64,000 nt of DNA from Eutreptiella sp. 'Long Island Sound 2002' (taxonomy: Eukaryota; Protista; Euglenida): contig OZ038378.1 in assembly GCA_964036045.1 (NCBI GenBank), positions 175,708,001 to 175,772,000 on the forward strand, given 5' to 3'. Of this stretch, positions 48,086-59,865 are shown in pieces. The translations under genes were made by a program, and so were the position numbers. The stretch's first letter is position 1. Each line of letters starts with the position of its first letter. Under the pieces are notes generated by a model. It ran no database searches and was not told where the DNA came from. It worked only from the letters and a program-made list of their open reading frames with translations.

Positions 48086-48430
48086 GAGTGGACTGCCAAC
48101 TTCGACTTGAGTTTGCATGCTGCTGCACAGAGGAAGGGAGTGTAAATTGTAGTTTCCGGTGAAACTAAAGTTTAGGTCAGTCTTTGGATCTGCTTGTTGT
48201 ACTGTCATTCCCACTATCTTGTGTTTTTGCAGTTTGTTGTGACTGTGTCCAGTCGGTTTTTCATTTTGGGATGGAGGGACCCACCCACCCACCCGAAAAT
48301 CGGTATGTTTCCACGCATAGAGGAAATTGCGAAAGCGACTAGTGGAGCCGCATGAGGCACTGCGGGGCCTGGAGTGGACCGGCAACTTTGACTTGAGTTT
48401 GCATGGTGCTGCACAGAGGAAGGGAGTGTA
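48086..48430 (+). repeat. Local 59-bp duplication (48086-48144 and 48372-48430)
   Basis: gagtggac..gcaactt.gacttgagtttgcatg.tgctgcacagaggaagggagtgta occurs twice. Confidence 0.9.
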
Positions 48431-49170
48431 GACTTCCCCACGGGGAGGTGGCACGCCGTCGAGTTTAAATTATGCTTGTTTGTCATGTGCTCTGCGTGTC
48501 TGTGGGTATTATTGCTAAAATGCTCAGTCCTTTGGGCAGGTTGCAGTGGTTGTCTAGGCACACATTACTGGCCTGTTTCATGCTATGTGCCTACCACACG
48601 GTGTACAAGGGTATAGGTCGCTTTGATAGGTCACTCATTAGAGCAATAGCTCCAGTCCTCATGTTCGCACTCACTCTGAAGGTGTCATGGCATATGAAGG
48701 CATAATGTGTGTAACTTCAGGGCGGCCACCAGCTGCCCAAGGATTTGAATGCGCATGTTTCCGACTTGACTGATCTCACTTTGTTTTGTACCGAAAGGCT
48801 GACGAGTTATCAGCCTAACAGATTTTGGTTTCATGCAATAATGTGCATGTGGGCACAACAGGAAACCCCCTGCTGCAGGTGAGGAAAATGACAGCTTTCC
48901 TTCAGGGTTATTGGTCTGTGTGTTGGAAACTCTACCTCAATATGTGTGAATCCTGCCTTCCTTTGTATAGTTCACTGCGGATCTATTCGGGGTCATTTTA
49001 TATCACCACACAATCACCAAGCTACACTCGTGCACAAGTCCCGGGAAACATAGGCATCCTGAGCCCCAGGAACCGGACAAGGGGGGTACGTGGGTTGGTG
49101 CATCCTGAAGGCATTATGGTTGCTTCATTTTTGCTTGCTTTGTTATCCCTCTACAAGATTTTGCATCAGT

Positions 49171-52100
49171 ATGGCCAGGATTTTAGCCGCCGATGACGAC
49201 CGGCAATCGATTTGGAAGGCATTTCGGTTCAAATCTCCTGACAAGGAGGAGCTTTTTGTCAAGAGATATGAGTCGTCATTGGTGGGCGCCCTCCAGATCT
49301 GGTGTCTGACCCATTTATTCTTCGCGGTCACCATCCCCTGCACCTTCATCCCTTGGCAAGTCGCCTGGGGCTTCTACTTGGCATACGTGCCAAACGCTGT
49401 GATTGCCGCAGTGGCCTTTTGCTCAGTGACGTTTATTCCACGTGCCTTGAAGTACACTCCCCTCATCATAAGTGTTGCAGTTTTCCTGATGACCATGGCC
49501 TCTGCCTTGACCGTACACTTGCATACCCAAGTATGGTTGCAGCACGCATACAGCACTGGCCTTGATTTGGTTGTCCCCCTCGTGAACACCCCACAGGCGA
49601 AGGCTCAACTAGACTGGTATTTGAGAGATAAAGTCAGTGCTTCCGTTCTGAACGCGCTCTTGGCCTTCCAAATGCCGCAAATGATGCTGCTGGCATTCGT
49701 GGGGTTGTATCAGAGTACCACTGTGGCCACCATCTTGATGCCTGTCGGCTTCATTCTTACAGTGGTGTTGTCGCCGGAGGTGCCCATCACGGTTGTGTTG
49801 CTCAGAGGTGCAACCTTCATCATCTTTGCATCGTTTTTGTTGGCTATCATGACAAGTGTCACCATTGGTCGACGCCACTCCTTTTCCATGGAGCGGTTCT
49901 CCGAGGCCTCCTTGCGGCAGTCGGTGGAAGCTTCCAGGGCATTGGAGGTCGCGACGGAGGCGTCCCGAAAGGCCGACAGCATTTTGAATCACACTCTGAA
50001 AAATACAATGGCTGATGCAGCCGGGGAGATCGATTTGTTTTTGGAGAACGGCCCATGCGACGAAGTCGCGTGTGCTCCGCTCCGTCAATCCGTTGCATCT
50101 CTCCGCAGAGGCATGAGGTCGTGCCGCCACCGCCAAGCATACTTGCAGCTCGTGGCCCACCAATACACTCCATCACTGCAACCAGTGGGGCTAGTCAATT
50201 TTGTCAACGACCTCACCGCAGGACGACACATGAAACTGGACGTGAAGGATTTCACGGCGTGCTTTGATGCGACGTTATGCAGCCTCATTTTGGACAATGC
50301 TATTAGCAACGCGTTCAAGCACGGTCATCCGAAGACTCCCAACGTTCAACTGACCATCAAGGACGTCCTACCCGAAAGCGGACCTCGTTCACTACCGGAG
50401 CCGGCCGTCCGACTGAAGTTCATCATCACCAATGATATCAACCCAGCCAGACCCAAGATCACGGAGGATTATGTCAACAAGGTGCTGTATGGGCGGGTGG
50501 GCGAAGGCACACCCCTTCCCGGCGGCAGCACCGGCAACTGCCGATGGGACAGCAAACGACAACCGCTTTACCCCCTCCACAATGCCCCCCCCCCCCCCCC
50601 CCGGAGGTTTAGGCCTGATGATTCCTGTTGGACATCTGCTCTGTGGATCAGCTGCGAGAATTGCCGCGCGTTGCTTCATGTGCGTACCAGGATGTGCATG
50701 TGTCCAGCGTTTTGCCGTGCATGCGGCCAGAGGTTTCAGCGTTCGTGCCACAGACCAGAAAGGCTTATTGCCCCCTCCGACACCATCTGACCGTGATGAC
50801 TGGAAGTACCATGTCTAATCCGGTGTGACGTTCCTGTTCGTCTGTGTTGGTGGGAACCCTCGCAACTGCTGCGGTTGATCCTGAAAGGAGCAGCATATGG
50901 GCTGCTGCTGAGCATATGGCATGAGCTGTGTTGCTTTCCTGTGCGGCTTGTTCTGATAAGAGCTTGTGTGCAGCCATTCTGCTGTGCCATTGTTGCCTCG
51001 TTCCTGGTTGGTGAGGTCTATTTTTCTTGGCCTTTCCTCCATGGTTCATCAGCGCCGTCCCGACTACAACCACCATTTTGACTGTTTTGCATGATGTCTG
51101 ACAATTCAGAAGTTCTTGTTTATTGTCGCAGGCTTGTGTTGGCTAAAAGCTCTCCTAAATATCACTGGGAAACCGTATTTGGTTGGCATTTAACTGGGTG
51201 CCATCAGCCGACAAATGGCTGCACCTCGGATAGGTGCAAAGCTAGGGCTGACGCGTGTAGACACGCAGGAGGAAGAAATGTGCAGGGAAGTAGGCTCATG
51301 GCTGAGAAACAGAATGGCGCTTGTTGTTTTAAGGCCACATGCAGGCGGCACCCATTCCAATTGAGTGCATCTCCACAACCCTCCCACACCCTCAGGTGCT
51401 GAGTGGCAAGGCTCGACCCGCGACCTCTGCGTTGTCAGACCGCATTGGCTTGCAGCATTCCTTCTTGGCGGCAGAAGCCCAAGGCATGTTGGTGTCCCTC
51501 ACGCAACAAGGCGGAAAGGTAGTCTTTGAGGCAGAACTGGATGTGGAGGTTGTGGCCAGCCAGGCTGAGGCCAAAAACACGCAGCTTGAGGAGGACCTGA
51601 CGAGGTTCCCCCAGGGCTTGGCCATCTACTGTATTGATGACTCCGCTTCGGCCCGACGGCTGCTGCACCACAATTTGATTACTTGGGCCAACACGACCAA
51701 CGTGCATATGTTTGGGCGAGACGAGCTCGAAGTGAGCCGGTTCACGAGCGCTGCACTGGCAAACGCCGATATCGCAATCCTGGACCAACATCTTGAATAT
51801 GGGGGGGAGACCAACATCTTGGGAACGGATCTGGTGGCGCAGCTCGTCGAAGGTGAGTTCCAAGGGCTCATCTGCATGCGGTCCGCAAACGTAGCAAAGC
51901 ACGACCGAACCAAATATGCCCAAGCAGGAGCGCACTGCACGTTTGGGAAGGATGTGCTCATGAAGCAGATGGTGCAGGAGATGAAGGCGGCGTACGTGCG
52001 GTGCATTGTGAACAGCACGTCGGCGTGCTCAGATTGTCTTACCACGGCCGAGGATGACGCGGATTTCCCAACGTTGAACCCGGGGGAGCCTTCGGATTTA

Positions 52101-52181
52101 TGGGTTCAGCCCCTGGATTCTGCCCCGCGACCCACGTCACCCCGTCAAGTGGCCTACCAGATGCAAGTACTGTCGCCGTAG
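49171..52181 (+). CDS. Multi-TM hybrid sensor histidine kinase-response regulator (~698 aa; exons 49171-50481 and 51396-52181)
   Basis: About 6 TM helices, H-box ADSILNHTLKNT, N-box LILDNAISNAFKHG and degenerate G2 box SDRIGL. The receiver has CIDDS, ILDQHL, MRSAN and FGKD. A phase-0 GT-AG intron joins the two track ORFs. Confidence 0.9.
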
Positions 52182-54353
52182 CCGTCTGTTTGAATTTGAA
52201 GAGCTTTGGAGCAAGTCCTTGTCGACTGCTGGGCGATGTTTTTTGTATTTCGGCAACGCCTCAAGAGCCGTGTGGTCCCTATCCACCCCCCGAACCCCTA
52301 CCCCACCGGAGGATGATGCAGCCACACGGGGGTCCTTGCGCTGCTGGCTCTATGTGCTGTGGTGTTGGTGCCGTGTGGACGGCGGCGTACTGCCGGCCAC
52401 ACATTTTTGCACGTCGATCGCAGGGATCGCGCTCGCCATACCCATTGCACTGCCACCGGTCAATGGTACATGGTGACGTCTGAGAAAGCAACCTTGTGCG
52501 TCAGGTGGTCATGTGACGTTATGACGGGGGACTGCCCCCTTTTGCATGATGTGCGCGCTGATTTACACTTTGAGGCTGGATGTGTGGGTGGGGACTGCGT
52601 TTGGGGTTTCTAGCCTCCGGCAGCTTTTTGCCGTTGCAACGCAGCCCTTTAAAAGAATGGATTAATGCGCCAACTCACTGCCATGCTCGGGGACCGCTAC
52701 CCAATCCTGCTAAAGTATTGCCTGAGGTGGATACGCTGTGCCCGATTGTGGACTTGTGAGCTTTTCCTCCTGCAGAGTTCGGGTGTGTCGCTGGCAACTC
52801 TGTTGCACACAATGCGCCAAACCTGCGACGTCACACCGCAGGCGTTTGATTCCCGGTTTCTCAAGGTCGCAAATTTTTTTCATCTCGACATTTGCTCCTG
52901 TACAGAAAGTTCGCTGAGTCTGCAGTCATTTGCAACGAAGTCTGCTGTCAAACAGGACAGACCTACCCTCAGGTGATCATGTACTCTGGCCCGGCCCTCA
53001 CCCTGGTTCAAAGTGACAAGTGCACTTTTCGTTCAACCCAACAGATGTAGCACAGATCATCTTGCTCTGATTAATTTGCGACTGATTTCTGATTTGACCA
53101 TCAGAGATTCTTCTTCCTGATACAATGATCTGATTTGGCTTGGGCGCAGCAGTGGTATACTGCAATGCTATGCATCAGATATTATGTTTGACCATATGCT
53201 CCTGGCATTTGGTATTCTGCAATGGGCCTACCATTGAATGGAGCATGTGGTGTGCGCGACTGATATAGCCCTTCCCAGGTGCGATAATGTAATCTACTTT
53301 GTACAACCGCTGCTTTCAAGGACAAAGTACCGTCTCCTGCTCGATTGACTGGGCTGTTTGGATATGAACCATCTGCGTTTCAATTGGTCCGGGCACCGAA
53401 CTTTGTTTTTTTTTTTCTGTTAGTGGCTTTGGTCGGCTGGTATTCAAACGAAGGTGCCTGAAAGCCCTCGGCAGCCTCGTGCAGATCAAGAAGATGGGTT
53501 TGGAGCACCAATCGGGTGCCCAAAGATTACTTGGCAGAAGGTTGGGGTGTTGGGGTCGGTAGCTGCAGGTTTCAATTGTACAATAGCAAGAGCCGGACCT
53601 TAGCTTTGCGGAGGAGGAGGTTTCCACTACAGTGTGCCCCCCTGCCAAGCTGTGCCTTATTGTATCTTGCCCGCCACACCGTGAGGTTTTACGCCAGCTC
53701 CTGATTATCTCCCTCCGTCCATCTTTGGGTTATCGGTGAGGGTGCCGCCCGCGCGGTGCGCACGGTGCGAACAGTTCACTCAGGCATTCGTGGACGGCTG
53801 CATCCATGAGCCCTGATGTGCATGTCGCGCTGCAAGTCACCACGTCGCTCCGTTTCAAGGCCTGGTGCCATGTTCAGCAGCATGGCGTCACAACCCGGGA
53901 TACTTGAAGAACGTAGTGTGCGTGGTGCGCGCGGTGCGCGGGCGGCACCCGTTGTGCTACTCCGTATCTTCCCAATCCTGCCCTGACCCCCCCGGATTCC
54001 TTTGCGTATCACTGAAGCTGCCTCTTGATGTACTCCACCTGTCTGTACCACCACGGATTGGCGTATCATGAACATTGGTACTGAATCCATCTGCTATGTG
54101 GGGCAAGACTAGGGCGCGTAGGTGGCACTCCTGTTGGACCCCATCTGTATTGTGCTTGAACAATCTTTCACTGGGGCATGGGCATAGGGAGTGTGAGGCA
54201 CAGGGACTGGCAGGAAAGACAGGCTTGGCGTGTAGTCATTGACTCATGCGACTGAGCGTGTGACTGATCCTGTGCAACCAGCTCTGATGCTCATGGCTGT
54301 TTCCCTGGAGAGTGCAACTTGCCAAGGTATCAGAAAAAAAGGACATGAGGACT

Positions 54354-54587
54354 ACAGTCATTGTGCCTCATGCACGCTGGGAAGCCTGCAGGCCTGGCAG
54401 TCTCCCACTGCATAACCTGGTTTCAAACTCAGCTAATCCTCACTGCGTGTTAGATCCGCTACCACAGTCATTTGTGGGATCATCGTAGCACTGGACAGCT
54501 CTGAACCTTGATCCTGAGGGGTTACCTCGAGTACTGTGACGCGAGCAGGCTACGCCAGCTCATCTTGGTCTGAGCCAAAAAAAAAAA
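54354..54587 (+). mobile_element. 5'-truncated poly(A) retroposon, copy 1
   Basis: Ends in A11. GGACATGAGGACT flanks both sides (54341-54353, preceded by A7, and 54588-54600). Homologous to copies 2 and 3. Confidence 0.85.
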
Positions 54588-54761
54588 GGACATGAGGACT
54601 CTCTGCCCGCGCGACATCAAAAACAAAAAACAAATCTGATACACAAAACAGTCAGTTCAGTACTTGCTTTTCTGGCATGTCTGGCCATCAGGGAAATGAG
54701 CCCTGATGCTGTCAGGCATTCTGACACTTTGGATTGATAAACAGCGTATAGAGTGTGTCAC

Positions 54762-54927
54762 TTTCAGACTCAGCTAATCCTCACTACGTGTCAGATCCGC
54801 TACCACAGTCATTTGTGGGATCATCATAGCACTGGACAGCTCTGAACCTTGATTCCGAGAGGTTGTCTTGAGTACCATATGATGAACAGGGTACGTCAGC
54901 TCACCTTGGCCTGGACCAAAAAAAAAA
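54762..54927 (+). mobile_element. 5'-truncated poly(A) retroposon, copy 2
   Basis: Ends in A10. A 26-bp direct repeat flanks it (54736-54761 and 54928-54953, 3 mismatches). Confidence 0.85.
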
Positions 54928-56046
54928 GATAAACAGTGCATAGCGTGTGTCACAACTTGTAACACCGCCTTTTGTGGTGCGGAGCTCAACGCTTGAGAGC
55001 CGATGTCAGTCAGCCAGGACGCGGCAGACCCAGTCGAGATAACATACCATTCTTCATTCTTCTTTCATTGATGTGCCCCCATGGCGTGGCAGCAACATAT
55101 CGCTGCACCGACAGGTGACAGGAAACCAGAGTCCAAATATTCGTCCCACCGCCACAGGCGGCATGCGAGCGTCGGCTCACACGGGACAAATATGTTGTAC
55201 TTTGACTGTCAGGGTGACCCGGTCTGTCTGACCGAGCACTTACGAGGCACACGTAAGTCTGAGCAAAAAAAAAAGTAGTGTTGATCCAGGTTGTTCAACC
55301 GGGATCGTGGTAGCCGCGGATACATAGATGTGCTAGTCTACACCCAAGTCTTGCCCCCTGTGGTGTCCTTCTTGGCAACACACCTAATCCGTGTGAAACT
55401 ACAGGTTCCAAGATGGAGGCTGTACATGGTTCTGGAGCCAATGTTCATGCGCGCTCGTGGCTGTGGACCCGTTGAGGGGCTGCTGCACACGCCTAGTGCC
55501 GGAACACACAAGAAAAAAGATACCTACTCTGCTAGGCTGCTGCCACACTACATCCAAAACCCCCAACATTTCTACGTTTTTAATCGAAATTATGGCACGC
55601 CACAAGCCACTATTGACAAGAGCTCTTCGGTAGCATGCTCTCTCTCTTCAGGTTGGCACAGAAACCCCCCCCCCCCCCGACCCCCCCGGGCTGATTCCCG
55701 GACCCACTTCAACCCCCTCATGCTCGCTCTCAAGCAACCAGCAGATCTTGCGGTGGAACATGAGCGCACTGACGGCGGAAACGGTTGTCGTCTGTTGCAT
55801 TTGCCGTATGTTACGAAACCCCTTTTGCAGAGAATTCTCTTCCTCCATGATGATAAGTACTGTGTGCGCTCTGGATTTCCCCGTGGATCTGCCAATGGAT
55901 GTCCCCCACCCAGTGTTCATGTATGAAGCATTTTTCTTGCTAGCGGTGGTGACCGTGATGGGTACCAACCGTTTCTTTGACATTCTTTGTCATTGATTGA
56001 CACTGCTGTGCGGAAATGGGCAACAGCGAAACAACGAAGGGTGTAT

Positions 56047-56773
56047 GGGGGCGCCTTAAGCGCAGTGCGCGCGCAGTGCAACTATTTGGGCGTTTGGTTG
56101 TAGTAGAAACCCATACTTTGTGGTACTTTGGGCATCATTGTTGTTTGATAGTAGGTTTTGATGCATTGGGGATCTGGCATTTTTGGATGTTCGCCCTGTT
56201 TCACCCATTTCTACTTTTTTGCACACATTTTCCCCCCATTTCCACCACATCTACTCTTTTTGACGGTTGATTGACATGGTGATACACTTTGAGGGTGCCT
56301 GCTACGGGACATCATACTTCCCTCCTCATTTCTCAGGCCCACTTTCTCCATGGATCTCAGTTTTGGGGGTAGGGTGTTCTACACCCGCTCCAATGGCCTG
56401 CGACCTCCTGCCACGGTGGTTGGGACGGCTGAAGACGGACTCCTCCACTTGGAATACTACCAAGATGGGTTGAGAGTGGTGAATTGGCAATGCAAGAAGG
56501 AGTCCATCTCCTTTGCCATCCCAAGTTCAGACTCGCCACCTGACTACCCTCCATCTCCGCCGCCCAACACACAGTCAAAAGCCCCCCCCCCCTTGTTTCA
56601 CCACTGCCACAAGGACCGGGAAGGTCCCCCTCAAGGTCCCCTCCAGTCCAGTTTGGGTCGCCTAATTCTAAGGGTGTTTCCGAGGGGCGTGCCTAGGGGC
56701 TCTTCGGGGGGAACATAGTCTAACAGTAGCGCGCAGTGCGCACGCAGTGTGCGCGCAGTGCAAGGATTCCCCC
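56047..56773. mobile_element. Non-autonomous TIR element, 3-bp TSD (PIF/Harbinger-like), copy B, carrying a short ORF
   Basis: TAT|GGGGGCGCCTT ... AAGGATTCCCCC|TAT. The ends are homologous to 43183-43937. Confidence 0.8.
56350..56718 (+). CDS. Short ORF inside element B: small beta-barrel-like N-terminus plus Pro/Ser tail
   Basis: MDLSFGGRVFYTRSNGLRPPATVVGTAEDGLLHLEYYQDGLRVVN has an SH3/Tudor-like strand pattern. There is a possible frameshift in the C11 run at 56582. Confidence 0.4.
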   Translation: MDLSFGGRVFYTRSNGLRPPATVVGTAEDGLLHLEYYQDGLRVVNWQCKKESISFAIPSSDSPPDYPPSPPPNTQSKAPPPLFHHCHKDREGPPQGPLQSSLGRLILRVFPRGVPRGSSGGT

Positions 56774-58694
56774 TATCACAAGGTGCGCCGCGCTAAAAGA
56801 CGACGTGATAGTGATGTGAGTTCCTCCACATCATCATCAGACTCTAGCACCTCAGGTTATAGTGACAGCACAAGTTCAAACTCTTCAAATTTGTCTGTCA
56901 GTTCTGACAGTGATTCAGAGGGCAGCACGGACCTTGCCTGTGAAGTCGAGGAACGCGCCAGAAGTGTTGCAACGACATTGGCGCAAGATAAACAGCAACC
57001 CGTGTCACAGCCACCCCCTGAGACACTTGAAGGACCAGCGGTTGCAACCTCAGCACCAATGGACCATCTGTGGGATTGGGTTTTGGCATCAGCACCTAAT
57101 TCAGTCAAAAAATATCATGAAAAGCTGAGGTGTAATGGCTTTGACACTGTCTGTGCCATCACTTTGCTTCGTCCAGAAGATTTCCAGAGATATGACATGC
57201 CTTTTGGACACCGTGCTCAGTTGGTCCATCATGCCAAGGAGACCTGAGGATTGAAGTAAAGAAAGTCAGTGTGCGGCCCATCTTCTTGCTTTGTTGCGTT
57301 GGGGTATGCATCTTGTGGTTAATGGTTTTCTGGATTGCTTACGATGGGTTTACAACGGAATATTCGTCGCTAGGGACAACACTGCCCCACCCCCTGTTGC
57401 ACAAGCACAGCCTTGTCTAAGTACGACGACCGTGGCCGTGGCTCCGCCGCGTTTGCTGGACATACGAACAGTGATTTCCTGCCGGTGGGATACCGGGGAT
57501 GGCGGCCATCGTCGGATTATGGCTGAGCATGACGGCCCTATGTTACTATTACTTTTGGGATGCCAATTTCGTGGTCCAGAGTCTCACATCACAAGAATCG
57601 TTGTGCTTTGGTGCAAGCCATTTTGCTTGGTTTTCCTGTGGTTTGGCGGGGTATCGCATATGTACTGTGCATCCCTGGCAGCCTGGGGTCTCCACGCCTT
57701 TTTTTTCCAGATAGTTGTGTACTGCTTGACAATGTACAGCCCACTAAGGCATGATTGTGCTTCATACCATACCATATGTCCTGCGCTGCACCAATGTGTG
57801 CTGTATCACACCATGTTCCATCAGATCCACCTCTGCTAATTTCCAGAAGGAGCATGTGAGGTGACTCCTCATTAGACTTGCATGTTGCGAGCAGTTGGTG
57901 CCCCCCCTTAAATCTCCTGCGCCACTGGTATCCACAGGGCATATAGGTCCCCCGTCACGTTCTGAAGGACCCGAGAGAAGTTTCAATCATTGTAGGAGGT
58001 TTTTTTTTTGCAAGATTGGCATGATTTTAATTTGTGCCATGCACTTAATTCGGACAGGACCTGTGGCCATGAGGCATACTCTGGTCATCTTTCTTCCTCA
58101 ATTAATGGCATTTTTGTCGGCAGTGCAGAGCGGGGGCGAGAAAAGAATTGGTCAGCAAATGAGGTTTATGCTGCCTCACAGACAGTGATATTTGATCAGT
58201 TTTGGACCATGCTTCTGCCGTGGAGGCTCTCACTCCCTTGTGGGTTGGTACTTCAAGCGTACAAGATGTAGCCTCCTGCAAAGGTTTCCTGGCCTCCAAC
58301 AACACATATCTCAACCATGTCCAGAGGATGCAGATGACCAGTTGTTGGGTGCAGGTCTAGGACAAGAGATAGCATCGTTTTTGGTTTGCAAAAGTGCAGA
58401 CTACTCTTTTGCTTACCAATCTGTTTATCCGTGTGTCAGCACTTTGGCGGTCGGCCCCGGATGCGGCTTCGCACAGTTTCTGCCTCTCAACCCTCTCATT
58501 TTCCATTTGTGGTGCACATTCTCATGTATTTTGTCACTTTTTGTGGGTGCAATGCAAGCTTCAGACATTTGGGGACAGTGCTGTTGTTGTTTATGCTGGT
58601 TCTTTGATACAATATATACTATGCCCCCCCCCCCCCCCCTCTATATCTTTGTTTGTGCCCCAGAATGCGAAAACTGAAACTAAAAGTCATCCCC

Positions 58695-59011
58695 CTCCCT
58701 CTCTGGTGCTGATAGTGTATGAAATGCAACCCACTGATTCATCTCAGCCTTCAGTCTTCACACCGCTGTCTTTTTCAGCCTACAGTCATTGTGCCTCGTG
58801 CACACTGGGAAGCCTACGGGCGTGGCAGTCTCCCACTGTATAACCTGGTTTCAGACTCAGCGAATCCTCACTACGTGTCAGATCTGCTACCACGCCATTG
58901 CGGGATCAGCGTAGCACTGGACAGCTCTGAACCTTGATCCCGAGAGGTCATCTCAGGTGCTGTGAAGCGAGCAGACTACGCCAGCTCATCGCAGTCTGAA
59001 CCCCAAAAAAA
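58695..59011 (+). mobile_element. Poly(A) retroposon, copy 3 (longest)
   Basis: 58783-59011 matches copies 1 and 2 and ends in A7. The 5' boundary and TSD are uncertain. Confidence 0.75.
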
Positions 59012-59461
59012 GACGAAAACCAAAAGTTGAGTTTAAGTTGGGCAAGGGGATGGGAGGAGGGCTCCTGCTGTCTTTTTGTTCGTGTTTGCTGTTTGTGCAT
59101 CGTTGCCGTTGTGGTTATTGTGTAGGCTGTGGTGGCCGTGGTGGTGGCACTGCCACCCTGATCATGCAACATACCTTGACAATTGCGATGTCTGGCATTG
59201 CATGCCCTGTTTTTGTGTGATTATTGCCCTGGTGCCCTGTTGCGTGAGGTGTGTGTGTGGGGGGGGGGGTTGGGACACAAGCTGCCAAGTGCAAAGCAGC
59301 AAGAGCCAAACCCATAGGAGCGAAAACCAACTCAAATGAAACAAGGACAGCTTCATATTTGACTCGCCAGGTGGCTTCCACCCCTTTGTGAACAAGATCT
59401 GTGTTACAAGTGATACATGTGCAAGAATTTGGGAAATCCATATGGACAACAAGTCTATTGA

Positions 59462-59865
59462 GCACGTAATTTAATTACGTACGAAATGTAGTGCGGCCAC
59501 ATAAGACATGGGTTTGTCGTCACATTTGCCAATTCCATAGAGTCATGGACACATTTGTTGTGAGTGACCACGTGCAAGGCATTTTCATTCCCAAGAATTT
59601 GATTTTGCCTGAGCCCAAACCAGCCCCTAAGCCTCGGCCAAAGGCATCTTCAAGTGGTGAGCATGTGCAATTGTTCCGCATGGTGTATGATCGCAAGAAG
59701 GGTTTCCAAGCCAAACATTTGTAGGCTTCGCATCCTTCATTGCTTGTGACAACATAGGTGTGAACCTGACATTTTCATGTTCCCAAGGTTTTGTTGTGTT
59801 TGCATGCTTTTGGAAATGTGGGTGGAATTGTGTACATTGGTGTAGCTTATACAAGGGGGGGGGGG
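59462..59865. mobile_element. Partial (right-end) copy of the poly-C TIR element
   Basis: Homologous to parts of 46265-46925 and ends GTACATTGGTGTAGCTTATACAA-G11|TA. No clear left TIR. Confidence 0.85.

Larger units (their letters stand above)
55981..57247 (+). pseudogene. Ser-rich + C-terminal SAM-domain ORF interrupted by element B
   Basis: WVLASAPNSVKKYHEKLRCNGFDTVCAITLLRPEDFQRYDMPFGHRAQLV fits the SAM pattern (W...Y...F/L..GFD...L..EDx...GHR). Removing the element and one TAT restores the frame ...KQRRVY|HKVRRAK.... Confidence 0.65.

Noticed and set aside
50482-50790. C-terminal part of the 566-aa track ORF
   Set aside because: Intron read-through. The kinase motifs continue in the exon at 51396.
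52600-55900. Several 60-210 aa ORFs
   Set aside because: No recognisable motifs, consistent splice chains or coding-like composition.
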